A DNA stretch of 58,267 nt, counting the filler, from Sphacelaria rigidula (taxonomy: Eukaryota), in the NCBI GenBank assembly GCA_964200075.2. It is 9 parts of 9 records of this genome, joined end to end, with 100 filler letters (N's around TTAATTAATTAA, not from the genome) between each part and the next. Parts side by side here need not be neighbours in the genome. Positions count along the whole stretch, not along the records: positions 6,487 to 12,872 come from CAXNAA020020398.1; positions 12,973 to 19,357 come from CAXNAA020020399.1; positions 19,458 to 25,842 come from CAXNAA020020400.1; 6 more parts are not named here. One strand, 5' to 3'. The notes under the pieces are model-generated. The model was not told the DNA's origin. It made no database searches and saw only the letters and a program-made list of their open reading frames with translations. Made by a program: the position numbers and the translations under genes. This document shows positions 11,789 through 23,789 of this stretch, one piece after another. Within the stretch, counting starts at the first letter, position 1, and every line of letters starts with the position of its first letter.

Positions 11789-12162
11789 ACTGCTGGAATG
11801 TGAGAGCAGTGCAGCTGCTGAAAACTGTCCGACGTCGGGAGGTAGAACCACAATAGTTCTGTCAAGAACCTTTCCGGGAGAACCGAAAATTGAATGAGAT
11901 TGGGTCCTGCTGCTCCCGAACTGTCAACACTGCCAACTGTGGTCTGTTGTTGTGTACAACTGCTACCTGCTACTACTGCTTCCATGCACGACCGTCCTTC
12001 ACTTCTCTACATGCATACTTACGGACAAAATTTGAAGTATGGTTGGCTCAATCAGCCCCATTCATTTTGGCAGACACCCGAGTCTTACTCTCGTTCTCCA
12101 AGAAGCGGACATACCAATTCATTAACTATATGTGAGACACATCTGGCCGGTCGAAGGGTTAT

Positions 12163-12263
12163 AACAGTTACACGGCGATGCCGGTAGTCCATCCGAATCA
12201 CAACATATTTTCTTGTGAAATTGATGCCGATTCATCAGGTGACCTACCCTCGCGATCAAAGGG
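12163..12263. mobile_element. Diverged copy of the piggyBac-like 97-bp MITE
   Basis: GTAGTCCATC...GTGAAATTGATGCCGATTCA...GACCTACCCTCGCGATCAAAGGG. Confidence 0.6.
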
Positions 12264-12872
12264 TCAAGTGCATTTGTAGTTCACGTTGGTGAATTATGTG
12301 GCCCTTTCTTCCGTCAATGACTCTGATGTGCACGAAATCTGGTATTCTATCATGAGTGATGCCGCGATAGCCGCCTCACCCCCCAGAAGAATAGCTGGTT
12401 TGAGGAGGCAGCATCTACATTTGAACCAAAACGACGAAAGCTCGACACTCGCACGTTTGTGATCGTTTCCGCCAACGTCCCCCATATCAAAGTCAAAGAC
12501 TTCATAAAGTCTGGAACTATAGCTACCATGCGCTGTACGGCCATTTTCTCAGTGACAGTTTCTTGACAGTTTTGGTATGAGCTGGGCCAGCCAAGAGTAG
12601 GCGCGAACCTCGCTCAGGCGACGCACGGCGAGATATGAGGAGTTGGACGCTGAAATTTTGACAGCAGCTTTTTATGATCTAAATAATTTAGAAGATCACG
12701 AGAGCAGCAAGGAAAAAAAAAGAAAAAGTGAGGAAGTTATGGGGATTCGAAATTTCAGAAAAAAAAACTGGATAATGCCCTAAGTCCAGGAAAAAAGGAG
12801 AAGCTGCAGCTGGACTCGTGAAGTATCATTTCCTTGGGTGCAGAAGGTCTTCCTGAAATTTCAGCTCAAGAC

Positions 12873-12972
12873 NNNNNNNNNNNNNNNNNNNNNNNNNNNN
12901 NNNNNNNNNNNNNNNNTTAATTAATTAANNNNNNNNNNNNNNNNNNNNNNNNNNNNNNNNNNNNNNNNNNNN
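12873..12972. other. Artificial contig linker
   Basis: N44-TTAATTAATTAA-N44. Confidence 0.98.
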
Positions 12973-13040
12973 CTTAGTCATTTGACCATTGACTAAGGCA
13001 AGCAACAAATGAGTACGCCCCCCCCCCCACCTCCCCCCAC
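12973..13040 (+). mobile_element. LINE extreme 3' end with C-run, fused to an inverted piece of the same element
   Basis: GACTAAGGCAAGCAACAAATGAGTACG is followed by C11. It is preceded by CTTAGTCATTTGACCATTGAC, the reverse complement of the family consensus. Confidence 0.75.
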
Positions 13041-15144
13041 CGCCCTTAACCGGCCCAAACAAGTAGGGAGGTGGGTGAACGTGGTAGCTTCTACGATCTG
13101 CAAAGGTGATTGGGGTGGGAAAGGGTGCGGGTATTGGTGCGTTTCGGGTACCGTTGAATACTCGATGTTGGTAGTGTTCGAAACCCCAGGTATTCGGTAG
13201 GACAAGTATGTCGAAAATTTCAGGGCAAGTTGCGGGCACGGTATCGTACGTGATGCTTGCTCGTGCTGCTGCTACTACTGCTACTACTGCTACTGCTGTT
13301 TCTGTGTTGTAATTCTAAGAATGACGGCGCTTTCTGAGTTTTTCGCTGATATGGGTGGCATTGGTGGGTGGAGCGTTATTATCAAGGGGTAAGCGTAGCT
13401 TGGCTTGGCTTGGCTTGGTGTACAGCCTTTCAAGAGCATTCGCTCTGCATGGACGAAGCCTTGTACCGCACGTGTTCTCGTGGTGGAGGTGTTGGTGAAT
13501 TCGTATTTAGCGGAAATCATGAAGTGGTACACACAAACTTGCTTATCTGACTTCTTTTTTGTTGTTGGTCCTCTCTCCTTTTGCTGGAATTTTCTTGAAT
13601 TTTTCCCGAGTAAGTTTGCCACCGAATTCCGCGTGTTTGAAACTACTTACTCTTCCGGGGCTGCAGACTAGAAGAGGAAGTATAGTGTACCTGCTTGTGT
13701 TTTGCACCCTGAAATGCATTGTTTCTGTGCAAAATCTCGCAGTGGAGAAAAACACGCCACATGCACTCCTTATGTTCGGAACTTTTGTGACATACTGTGT
13801 CAATCGGGGATACGTGCTGTGCCCGTGCCTGAAAATATGGAATGCAAGGGAAGTTATCTTCGCCTCATACCGGCCCGTGCACAGAGAGAGATTTCTCCAC
13901 ATTTGTATACCGTATTCTTGTTGAGCCAGATTTACACGGGTGCATCTGATCTAGTCATTTTTGTTCGTACGTATCTTTTCTGGGCTGCCCGTCCAACGTT
14001 GTCAAGGCGGTTGGGGACTCCTCCCTCCCTCAGTACCCCCATGTAGTCGGTGCGCGCGCCGAAACTCAAATCTCCAGCTATGGCGACATGGCACCCGCTC
14101 AATCGAATCTTGACCGACACATTTGCCCTTCACCGAACAACACAACAATCAATTTTGGAGTGTCCACGGCAAAAAAAAAAAGTCTGATTGTGTCCGCCCT
14201 AGGCGCCTACCAACTTGTCGGGGTTTGCGGGGGAACTGTGTGGCGATTTCGTGCTCTTCTTCCACGACTATTAATACTCCACAAACGAACCAAAGTGTTG
14301 ACGGGGTGGTGGCGGAAATGGACGGTTCTCCCGTGTCGAAGACATGAGAACATCGCTCAGCACCAGTATCCCGGGAAAACCCGCGTTGTATGTCCACGGA
14401 CAGTGTTTGGGAAGAATAATGACTGCACCTCATGTGCCTGTGCAAATCTGGCCTAACTAAGATATGTTGTAGATTATTGTGGAACTTCTGGCGTACGGGA
14501 AGCCAGCACACTTTATATAGGGTGCATGCAGGCGCGATGTAGAAAAGAAGCGGGCAACGCGATATACAGACAGCACAGCTTTCTGACGCTCTGCATTCAG
14601 GAGGATGCGAAGCAAATTTGAAGTACGTGGAGTTTTGCACCGCCTCTACTGTCCATGAGCGCGTTGGCAATTCGATCGCCCACCCCAACACGCAACTCCG
14701 TCGGTGGTCTCTGCCGCAAAATTAGATGCCCAAGTTTTCGCCAACAAAAAAGAAAAATATCATGCCAAAAGAGGGGTGGTGTCGGTTTTCTATAACTGCA
14801 GTGTATGTATCGCTGTACTCCGTTCGTGATTTATGCCGCAAGGTTGAGTAGATAGCTGGGAATGAACCATCCGGAGTTCACGTTGTTCTGTGAAAAGTGG
14901 CATCTGGCACGATTGTCTGTTACATGGGAGTTACGTGCCCCTTCGTTCATTCCGCCGCTAGTTTCGTTCGAAAAAGCTAAGCTTTCCAATTTTTTACCCT
15001 GCCCGCCGCGCGCAACTAATTAAAAATGGACTGGAAGCCATCTGAGAACATAACTGCTGTGGACGTATCTGATACGGCCTCGTAGCGACCGATTTAATTT
15101 GACCGCATGTTTTCGAGTCGAAAATAAATTGATAAGACACGGTA

Positions 15145-15490
15145 TCAACCTTGGGAACCTTCATGAACATGTAAATGTTTTCGAAAAAGGGATGCAAATG
15201 CAGTCCCCGGCTGTGATGTGTGGCCTCGCTCATCCTCGAAAACAAATCCTTCCGCAGCTTATTTTAAAATGTCATGTTAACGGGGCTCTGTGACAAGAAA
15301 GGACAATTTCTTGTACGGGAATGAACGAAGGTGAAAATTTTTGGGGGATGAACACGGGCTTCTACAACGTGCGGATGGATTATCTCGGGAACGGGCGACG
15401 CCACACATCACGGTCGGAGAGTGCATTCGCATTTTTTTTCCTAATTCGAAAACATTTCGCTGCTCACGATGAAGGTTCCCCAAGTTCATC
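15145..15490. repeat. Diverged inverted repeat / foldback element
   Basis: 15148-15265 aligns with the reverse complement of about 15368-15488 (AACCTTGGGAACCTTCAT..AAATGTTTTCGAA..GTGATGTGTGGC). Confidence 0.7.
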
Positions 15491-16447
15491 CTCGAAAAAG
15501 ATCGATCCACAATCTGCAAAATCCCGTGATATTATCTTGATGGGTCGATCATGATCGGTACATACAATCGTGGAACAGTGGTGAGACACGCACACACGTG
15601 CAACATGTAAGATATGTCTATGCATGCTGTAGTGTGTCTTCCATCTGTATTTGAATGTAATCCCCCCCACCCCCCCCCCCCCCCCCCCCCCCCCCTCTCC
15701 AACCCCCCTCTTTCTTCTTTCCTATTTGNNNNNNNNNNTCAACTTGTCTTTCTTTTTTCTTTCGCTTTTGTTTTGTCTCTTTTTTTTTTTTTATTTATTC
15801 CCCCCCCCCCCCCCCCCCTGTCCAAACCAGGCTTTATTCTTTTCGTTTAGGTCGTTATCCGGGAGCCGAGCTTTCGTCTGATATCTCAGCAATACGAATT
15901 AATGAGTGTAGGTGTTAATGACGCAGTTAGTCACTCCCGACTTCGTGTTTTTCTCTCGTGACTTGTTCGAAATTCTTCATCCCTGAACTACTCCAATGAC
16001 CTTCGGCCCTAGGTTCACAGGCGTGGTTGCACCACTTTACCATGACATCGGCAGGCATGACTGATTCTTGTGCTGTCACCGTTGCGAACGCGTACAACAG
16101 CCGCGCCAGTGGTCAATGGACTTGATTGATTGACACACGTAATCTGATCCCCTACGACATTCAGCGGTGGCCTATCACAAGGAATAGTATCCAAGGCGCA
16201 AATAAACGGAAAGGAAAATAAGAAAAATCGCGGGAGGAAACTCGGGTAGAAAACTATGAACATGAAGAAGATGGAAAGAGGGCGAGGGAAACGGAGGAAA
16301 TAGATAGCACGGGCTAAATGGACTGCAAACGAAAATGTTGACAATCATCACAAGCATGACCCCAAAAGTATACTACGGTACAGTACACCGTTTTCTTCCA
16401 TCCTTTGCCTTGGAAGGAATCAGATCACCCGGTTACCCCCTCCCCCG

Positions 16448-16889
16448 GTGGGGGACCCGGACCTGCCAGAAAGAAAAAATATATTTACCAGTCGTCGAAA
16501 GGAGGAGGAAGTAGATGGACAGAACTGTCCCTGTGGCAAAGGAATCGAGAGCAGGGATCATATAGGGGCAGAGTGTGAGCTATACAAGCAAGAACGGGAC
16601 GTGCTAGAGGGGGGAAATGCGGGACGTGAACAAAGATAGCATGAAATGTTTTTATGCTTCAGACAGTAGGAAGAAAACGATAGCTAAACCAGGAGATAGA
16701 TGGTGGCCAGAGACGGCGAAACAGGACGGGGATAAGATATGTAAAAGGTTTCTGTGTAATGTATGGAAGAAACGTATTGAGCGCCGGAGTGTTGAAGGTG
16801 TCTCTAATATGAGTGGGAACGGTGCTCCGTCTCAAAAGGGATGCGTGGTCAGTGGTCAAACGACCAAGGCAAACAACAAATGAGTAGGG
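16448..16889 (+). mobile_element. 5'-truncated LINE: ORF2 C-terminus with CCHC-like zinc motif and 3' end followed by C tract
   Basis: Reads CPCGKGIESRDHIGAEC (CxCx7Hx4C), then a frameshift, then GDRWWPETAK...KGCVVSGQTTKANNK-stop. There are six other homologous fragments in the window. Confidence 0.8.
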
Positions 16890-16927
16890 CCACCAACACC
16901 CCGCCCACCCCCCCTACACCCCCCCCC

Positions 16928-16958
<31 letters not shown>

Positions 16959-16959
16959 G

Positions 16960-17148
16960 ACAATGGACCTACCCCTTATGAGCGGCGGAGATAGTAAGCG
17001 AGTCAACAACAGCAACAAGGAAGAGTTCGTCACCCTCGCCACGAAGCGCCGTTTGCTGGGCGGCGCGGATGCGATGATGACGGCCATGCGCTCCGGTGTG
17101 ACGGACGTGATTCCCAAAAACCTGCTCGCTGTGCTCCTGCCCTCTGAG
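16960..17148 (+). CDS. Internal exon of a HECT-domain E3 ubiquitin ligase
   Basis: cccag|ACA...GAG|gtacgc, 63 codons. DLPLMSGGDSKRVNNSNKEEFVTLATKRRLL...MRSGVTDVIPKNLLAVLLPSE matches the HECT N-lobe pattern (L.pGG..i.Vt..Nk.eyv...f..Gf..vip..ll..f...E). Confidence 0.85.
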
Positions 17149-17329
17149 GTACGCTTCCGTTTCTTTGTTTTTTCTCGTGTGTGCGTTTTTTCGTGAAGAG
17201 GAAATTTCCTGTAAAAACTGGGGAGCGATGTTTGTTTCTGGATAAATACATTAAGCAGGGAAGGGAGGGACCGTGACTTCACCAACCTGCCCCCCCCCAG
17301 TGCCCTGACTACATCCCCCCGCAACAATC

Positions 17330-19357
17330 AACATGAACAAGCTGGAGATACTCTCGAAAGAGATTGAGAGAGAGAGACGGCAAGGAAGGGCGGAGGGAGA
17401 AGTAAAGAGTGGTCGGGCAGAGCATTAGAAGTGCTGGTATTTGGAGTCCGTGGTGACATGATGAAAATAGGGTTGAAAAGGAAATGCAATGGAGTTGGAT
17501 TATACAGTTTTGCAAGAGAAGAAGTAAAAAGGGAGAGAGAACACTTACGAGTCACGCTGAAGCAGAGCGCGAGCAAGGAGTGGGAAACGTTAGAGACCGG
17601 TGAAGTGTCAGCATGGCTTAGAAGGGTAGGATGGAGAGTATGCATAGCTACTGGAACAACAAACCTAAGACGTAGTCCACGGGTAAACGGGGTGAAAGAG
17701 GGGTAGGAACAGGTAAGTGTCCGGAAGGGGAACGGGGGGGACATAGCGGCCGGAAGCAAATGGACAAAAACCAAACCGCAAACGGGAAGAAAATCAAGCA
17801 AGGGAAAGTAGAAGTAAAAGCGACAATGAGGGAATAGTAGACAACAGGAGAGCAGACAATGATTCGGAAAGGAAGTTGAGCATAGGATCGGGGAACGTGT
17901 GTGGATTCGCCACAGTCAAGCGCGAAAAAATGGAGATGGCGCTATGAGTAAGAAACCGCGACCTAGATACCGTAGGAATCGAAGAGTCATGGGAGAAAGA
18001 GGGGGCGGAAATAGAATGCAAATTGAAGAGTACGCATGGACAGCGAAACAGCGGAAGGGACAGAAGCCCAAGAGCAAGGGAGCGGGGGGAGTAGGATTTT
18101 TCGTCAAGGGGTAGCTGTGTGGCAGTATAGAAGTGATCGACGACATTATTTCGACAAGGCCGTATGGATGAGGGTACCAGGAGAGCGGGGAACGAAGGAC
18201 TTCTTCGTAGAAAACATCTACATGCCCCCAGGATCGAAGAGTGGGGTGGACGATATACAGCGGAGGTTTGGGGAGATCGCAGCAGATGTATTCAAGTATA
18301 AAAGGCAAGTGAAAGCGATGTTGGTGTGAAATTTCAACGCAAGGGCAGGAAAAGCAGGTCAACCGGATTATATCATCGGGGCAATGCGGGGAAGATGGGA
18401 AGAACACAAATGGGGTAGAAATGCTCAAGTTCCTTGAGCATAACGAGATGAAGACGCTGAACGATAGAGCATAAAAGTCAGAGGCGCAATGGACATGGAC
18501 CAGGAAATTCAAAGACGAGAGAGAACGCTCCATTCTTGACTCAATAGTGGTGAAGCATGGAAATAGTTACGAAATGAAAGTACATGTATGCGCGGAGGAC
18601 GTGGGAACCACAGATCATTGCCCAATATGGACATGAAGCCATCAGACGAGAGCCAGAAGAAATAGGCGGAGTAGGAAGTTGTACAAATGGAGAGTCGGTT
18701 AACTAGACTTGGAAGAAAAACAGCAAGAGTTCCAAGAAGAGATGGCCAAGATTGCAGTGATTTTATTAACTATTGGAACGCGTAGGTAAAGTTGATACCG
18801 AGATGGAAAGAGATCGGGCAGGAGCGACGATTATAGGAGGATGGGAGCAGTTGGTCAGGAACACAGCGAGTAAAGTCATGGGGAAGAAACTGATCGTATG
18901 CAACAGAGCAGTAGAATGGTGGGATGAGAAGGTAAAATAAGCTAAAATAGTAAGGAGAGAGGCCTACGCGAGATGCATATCGAGTTAAACTACGGCAGGA
19001 TGAGAGGAGTATACTCTAGCTCGAAAGGAAAGGGAATATCGGGAAGGTGTAGTGAGTGAGGGTTTCGATGGCGGGATGAAAAAAATGTGGGCAGGGATAA
19101 AACGAAGATCGGGAAACCAGGCGGGAAATATGGACGAGGGGATAGCTACACTTCGGGGACAAAACGGTAAAATGGTCAGTAGTTCGAAGGGAAAGAGAGG
19201 AATGCTAGTCGTGCACTCCCGTAAACTACGAACGCCGAAAACTAACACGAAGTTCGACACGGAATTCGAAAAAGAGATTAACCCGTGGGCAAAGGCAAAT
19301 GTAGAGACGTGGAAACGGGAGGATAGTGGCTCGACAGAATTGCAGAGAGAGATTACA
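17330..19357 (+). pseudogene. Decayed LINE: ORF1 remnant, APE-type endonuclease and linker (RT lost at contig end)
   Basis: Endonuclease motifs appear in order: IGSGNVCG (17882), GIEESW, GAGGVGFFVK, NIYMPP, xNFNA, SILDSIVV, TTDHCPIW (18607-18630), then WWDEKVK. There are many stops and frameshifts. Confidence 0.85.
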
Positions 19358-19457
19358 NNNNNNNNNNNNNNNNNNNNNNNNNNNNNNNNNNNNNNNNNNN
19401 NTTAATTAATTAANNNNNNNNNNNNNNNNNNNNNNNNNNNNNNNNNNNNNNNNNNNN
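19358..19457. other. Artificial contig linker
   Basis: N44-TTAATTAATTAA-N44. Confidence 0.98.
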
Positions 19458-19602
19458 AACGTTGAAAATAACTGCGCCTCACTACCCAAGCTATACCCGA
19501 TATTCAAGCAATGCTGAAAAGGACCACGCTCGCTGAAAGGAGTAAAATCCATGTTCAACCTTGCTCGAGTGTCTACCCAATCATGTGATGATAATCAAAC
19601 TG

Positions 19603-19727
19603 TACACTAAACTGAAGCAGTCTAATTCTACACTAAGTTCAAGTAGTTGATGATTACACTAAGATCAAGTTGTTTACAAGTACACTAAAGTCAAGTAGTC
19701 TACCGCTACACTAAATTCAAGTAACTA
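19603..19727. repeat. Minisatellite, 5 x 26 bp
   Basis: TACACTAA..TCAAGTAGT core at 19603, 19629, 19655, 19681 and 19707. Confidence 0.9.
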
Positions 19728-20334
19728 GCGCAGGCTCGCCGCCCGGCGCCCAACCCCCCCTGACGAACCCCCTTTTTCCTTTTTTGCCTCGATTTTTTTA
19801 ACGTTGGGGGGTTATGTTCCTTTTAAAAAGAAAATGAACCACCCCTGGTGGCATTGCGGGGCTTCATTAATTCTTTGAGCTGCCGTGGCTCCCTTCTTGG
19901 CTGATGTTGGAGTCTCTCCATGATGATCAGCTAGCCCTCTCGACGTTGTGTGCCTCACGGTATTTTTCACAACCCGCTGGTGACTACACGAATTTGAAGT
20001 GTTCAATAACTCACGCGAACATCATGTGGTTATTTTTCCCTCTCTAGAACCAGATAACGTGTACCTGACCGAGATGAATTAATTATCTGGTGATACACTG
20101 AAAGGCTAATATTTCGTTGGTGGCATCCTCAAAGCTTGAGTTGTTCCTCCCTCATTCCCGCCCCATCGAGTTTGGTTGACTCTGGGGTTGTTCCCCCTTT
20201 CAACTTAATCCTGACAACCCCTTGCGTATACTGAATGCGGTCAAAACACCAAGCCACAAGGTGAGACCTTGCGGCGCGCTAGGCCCCCTGTACCGACCCG
20301 CACTGTTTTCGCGTCCTTTTTCATGGGGACGTCA

Positions 20335-20407
20335 AGTGCGCCCACATATACCGAAAGTTGTGGACTGGCGTCTAGAATAGATGGGACGAGAACATAACAC
20401 ACAACAC
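20335..20407 (+). mobile_element. 3' fragment of the tRNA-SINE family (see 28553)
   Basis: CCACATATACCGAAAG..GGCGTCTAGAATAGATGGGACGA plus a CA-rich tail. Confidence 0.7.
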
Positions 20408-21063
20408 TGATTATTCAACACCTTTTCATTTGAGCAGTTTCCCTTGCCGTATTTTTGTGTCTGATTTTATCATCACACGACGGTGTCATGTCCCAGCTGG
20501 CGATAGCTTTGTTGACTTCACCTCGACTGATTTGAAAAATCATGGCATACCACTTGATGTCGAATACAGCCGTGCATGTGTCCTCCTGGTTTGGGCTGTT
20601 TCCAGTCACTTGTATTTGGGATTTGGGGGCCGGAGGAAGCCGACGGCGAGAGTTAGGGTAGTCTGTTTTCCATTATTTTAGCAGCTGCTCTGCTCGCGGC
20701 GACAACGATTTGAGTATCCTGGTGTGCAGGTTGAGCGGTACCCATAATATTCTACGCCTTCGATAACGTCTAGACTCAACCTGTGCACATGTTTTGTGTC
20801 CCTGCTATAGTGTTGCATGCACTTGCATCTTCGTTGTCTCTTGCCCGCCTACAGCAGTCTCAAGTACGAGGAAAGACTACACAAAAAATACACAAGACTT
20901 GACGACCCGGCTCTGCGATATCTTCATTTCATAGTCAGTCGTCTTGGACGAATTGACTTACTCGTCTCGAGAATAACTACCGACCAACCACCGTGTTTCG
21001 TTTTTCCCGTGGGTGCGAACGCCGGTCACATTCTGCGTTCGTTTACACGGTGTATCCATCCAG

Positions 21064-21239
21064 GGCTGAAGTACGAAGACTTGTTCTTCGATGATGATCC
21101 GGCAGTGAAGGAGGCGATCAGACGCCTCACCCCAGAGCAGAAGCTCGCCCGCGAGCGCCGTCTTTTCAGGGCGATGGACATCTCCCTCAAGCGCGTGCCC
21201 CTACCCGAGCACATCCAGAAGGCCCACGATCCCTTCGAG
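21064..21239 (+). CDS. QCR7: Cytochrome b-c1 complex subunit 7, internal exon
   Basis: ccag|GG...GAG|gtgaaa. GLKYEDLFFDDDPAVKEAIRRLTPEQKLARERRLFRAMDISLKRVPLP matches QCR7/UQCRB (GL.YdDl..e...V.EAlrRLp....aR..Rl.RA.dlSlk...LP). Exon 1 was not found on this contig. Confidence 0.92.
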
Positions 21240-21834
21240 GTGAAACGCTTTATAAAAGGATTTTGAGTGTGGCGCTGTAATATTTCCGACGACAACCCTT
21301 TGTTTGGTGTGGTCGAGGTCAGCGATTGTGATTATTGCTTTGATTGAGCCTGCACACTCAGTAAAACCGTCCTTCATCTGCACTAAAACCATGAACGAGA
21401 AAAAAGCTGTGGCCAACATGTTCGCGGCTCCGCAGGGGAAGGCACCTGCGAAATACGGAGACTTCAACACAGTTTAAGATGCGAATCGCTCGCAATACAT
21501 GTAGGAATTTCCCCCCAAAAGTGTCGTGGCTCTTCCGGATGGATGAGTCAAGCTAGCCAATCAGAAGCAAAGGGTCCGTCCGGTCGGTTCCAAGTGAACG
21601 CCGGAAGGCCTCCTGCGCACGCTACACACAATGCCGCAGGTACAGTGCTCATAGTCGTACTGATTTTTTTTGAAGGGAAGATTATTCGATGCAGATGGCC
21701 CACCCTCGGGGTGACTATAGACAAACCTGAATCGAAACAGAATACAGAAGCAACAGGAGTACAATGCAGTACAAAAGCTGTGTGGTACAGTGCAGTGTTG
21801 TCTCATTCCCCCCCCCCGCCCGCCGCTGATTTAC

Positions 21835-22011
21835 TTCCCTTCTTCTATGGGCACCACCTGTGATCAGATTACACGAAAACTCTGAAAAGCGTTGAACCTG
21901 TGAGCCTCGACGGTGGGTCATCTGTGTCTTGCGTTCATCTTTCAAGTCAAAGTTATGCCAATGCACAACAGATGACCCGCCCGGAAGGTGGTTGTATACA
22001 GTACTCTTCTC

Positions 22012-22053
<42 letters not shown>

Positions 22054-22650
22054 ACCTCCCTTTCTTCTGCCCCCCCTCCTCCCCCCCACAAACACNNNNN
22101 NNNNNTGCGGTCTCCTTTTAAGTCAAAGTTTTGCCAATGCAACACAAGACCCCCCCCCGGAAGGGGGTTTTTTTCAGTTCCTCTTCCCCCCCCCCCCCCC
22201 CCCCTGCGTTCCTTCCCATTGCTCCCATTATCTGTGGGTATCACCATGGACCAGAGTCAGAAACCTTCGGAGAGCGTGAACCCGTCCTGCCCCTAGCCCT
22301 GAAAGTGAAATATTTGGCCTCCACGGTGGGAAATCCGTGTCTTACATTCATCTTTCAAGTCAAAATTGTGCCAATGCACAACATATGACTCGCCCTGAAG
22401 GTGGTTGTATATAGATGGACAAAGCTAAACAACAAGGCACAGTACATTGCAGGACAGTACAGTTCGGTAGCTTGTTGTCTTCTCTCTCTCCTTCCCTGTG
22501 TTCCTTCCCCTTGCTCCCATTATCTATGGTTTATCACCATGAACCACATTACAAGAAACCTTGGAGAGCATGAAATCGTCCTTCCCGCAGCTCTGAAAGG
22601 GGACCTTCGGGAGTCCACGGTGGGTCATCTGCGTTTTGTTCATATTTCGA
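21835..22650. repeat. Diverged tandem repeat (~290-400-bp units) in the QCR7 intron
   Basis: CCCATTATCT.TGG..ATCACCATG...CCACGGTGGGTCATCTG...TTTCAAGTCAAA.TT.TGCCAATGCACAAC recurs near 21835, 22225 and 22517. Confidence 0.7.
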
Positions 22651-23789
22651 GTTCCAGTACACCACGCTTTCCGACGTGGGTCCCTAGAGCGGCTGAGTAT
22701 ACAGTAGCAATGCTTCTCTGTTTCTCACTTGTCAGAGTGCATTATACCCTAGCACGCTTTTGACCACAGAAACAAAGTTACTCCGAATCAGACCTCTTCT
22801 CCCATTTTGCCCCACCTCCGTCCCGTCTGCGAGGTTTTATTTCGTATGCTCTTGCGGGGGTGGTGGCTTGTTAAGGAAGTTCCATCGATAAATCAGAGAC
22901 GATCTCGCCGGCCACGAGCGCGGTTCGAGCGCTGTTTCTTGCGTTGTGTGCTTCAAATCACAATGCATGTTTGGTCGAACTCGCTTTCTGGGAAAGTCTC
23001 ACGCTCGGCACACCAAACCGCAGAAAGTATTTTTTTGCCGAGTTTCAAGGAACGCCAGAAGAGTTGAGAAAAAAGGAGTGTGACGAGGCATGTGTATCAG
23101 GGGTGTGGAGGTGGAGGTGGCGCCTGAACAGGGAGGGCGTCGCTTGAACACACGATTTGCTCGTTCTAGGGATGTAGTTTTTTATCAAGTCTATCCACAT
23201 GAAGGAAATGAAACGAGGATGAGTTGAACTGCCTGACAGAATTCGGAGGCTAACCCTCCCCCCCCGATTCGCATCTCTACAGTTGCCCTCTGTCACGTAC
23301 GATCTTATACATCGCGGCACCGCGAAGTTGAAGCTTGATGCTTCGGCGAGGTATTTTACTACCGCCAAACAAGGATGCCTGGAAACATCAAGATTGTTCT
23401 TTCCGAAAAATCGAAGTTGTAAAAACTTATGAACCGGCGGTGCTTCAAAGGTCCGTTGAATCATCGCTGGTTCGAACCGCTATATCTACAATTTCTGACG
23501 CTTGACTACTCGAAGGAGAGAAGATTGTTTGCCGCGGGTCAACAACGTCTCTGTGCGTTTTTTTGCACTAGTCCACGTGCCTGGAGTGCGCGCACCTGGG
23601 GTGGAACGCGGAAGACAGAGCCATAGGATCGATTAGTACGATACGGATCAATTACAACACTAGGAGCAAGTTTTTTTCCAAACGAAGCGTTCTTCGTCCC
23701 ACCCTTCGGGTTTTCGGTTGCAAATCCGTCAGCGACGGCAGAGTAGTAACACTCAGATTTGACGCCCTACACGAAAACGACAGTCTTGA

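Noticed and set aside
19603..19727. CRISPR-like repeat/spacer array
   Set aside because: The variable parts are only about 7 nt, the repeats are degenerate, there are no cas genes, and the context is eukaryotic.
22096..22204. Extra repeat unit and poly-Pro/poly-Gly ORFs
   Set aside because: This is a noisy duplicate of 21935-22050 next to an N10 gap and C homopolymers, likely low-quality sequence. The same applies at 15700-15850.
23726..23750. Helitron 3' end (CCGTC-AGC-GACGG hairpin)
   Set aside because: The hairpin is very short, it is followed by GTAG rather than CTRR, and there is no second copy.
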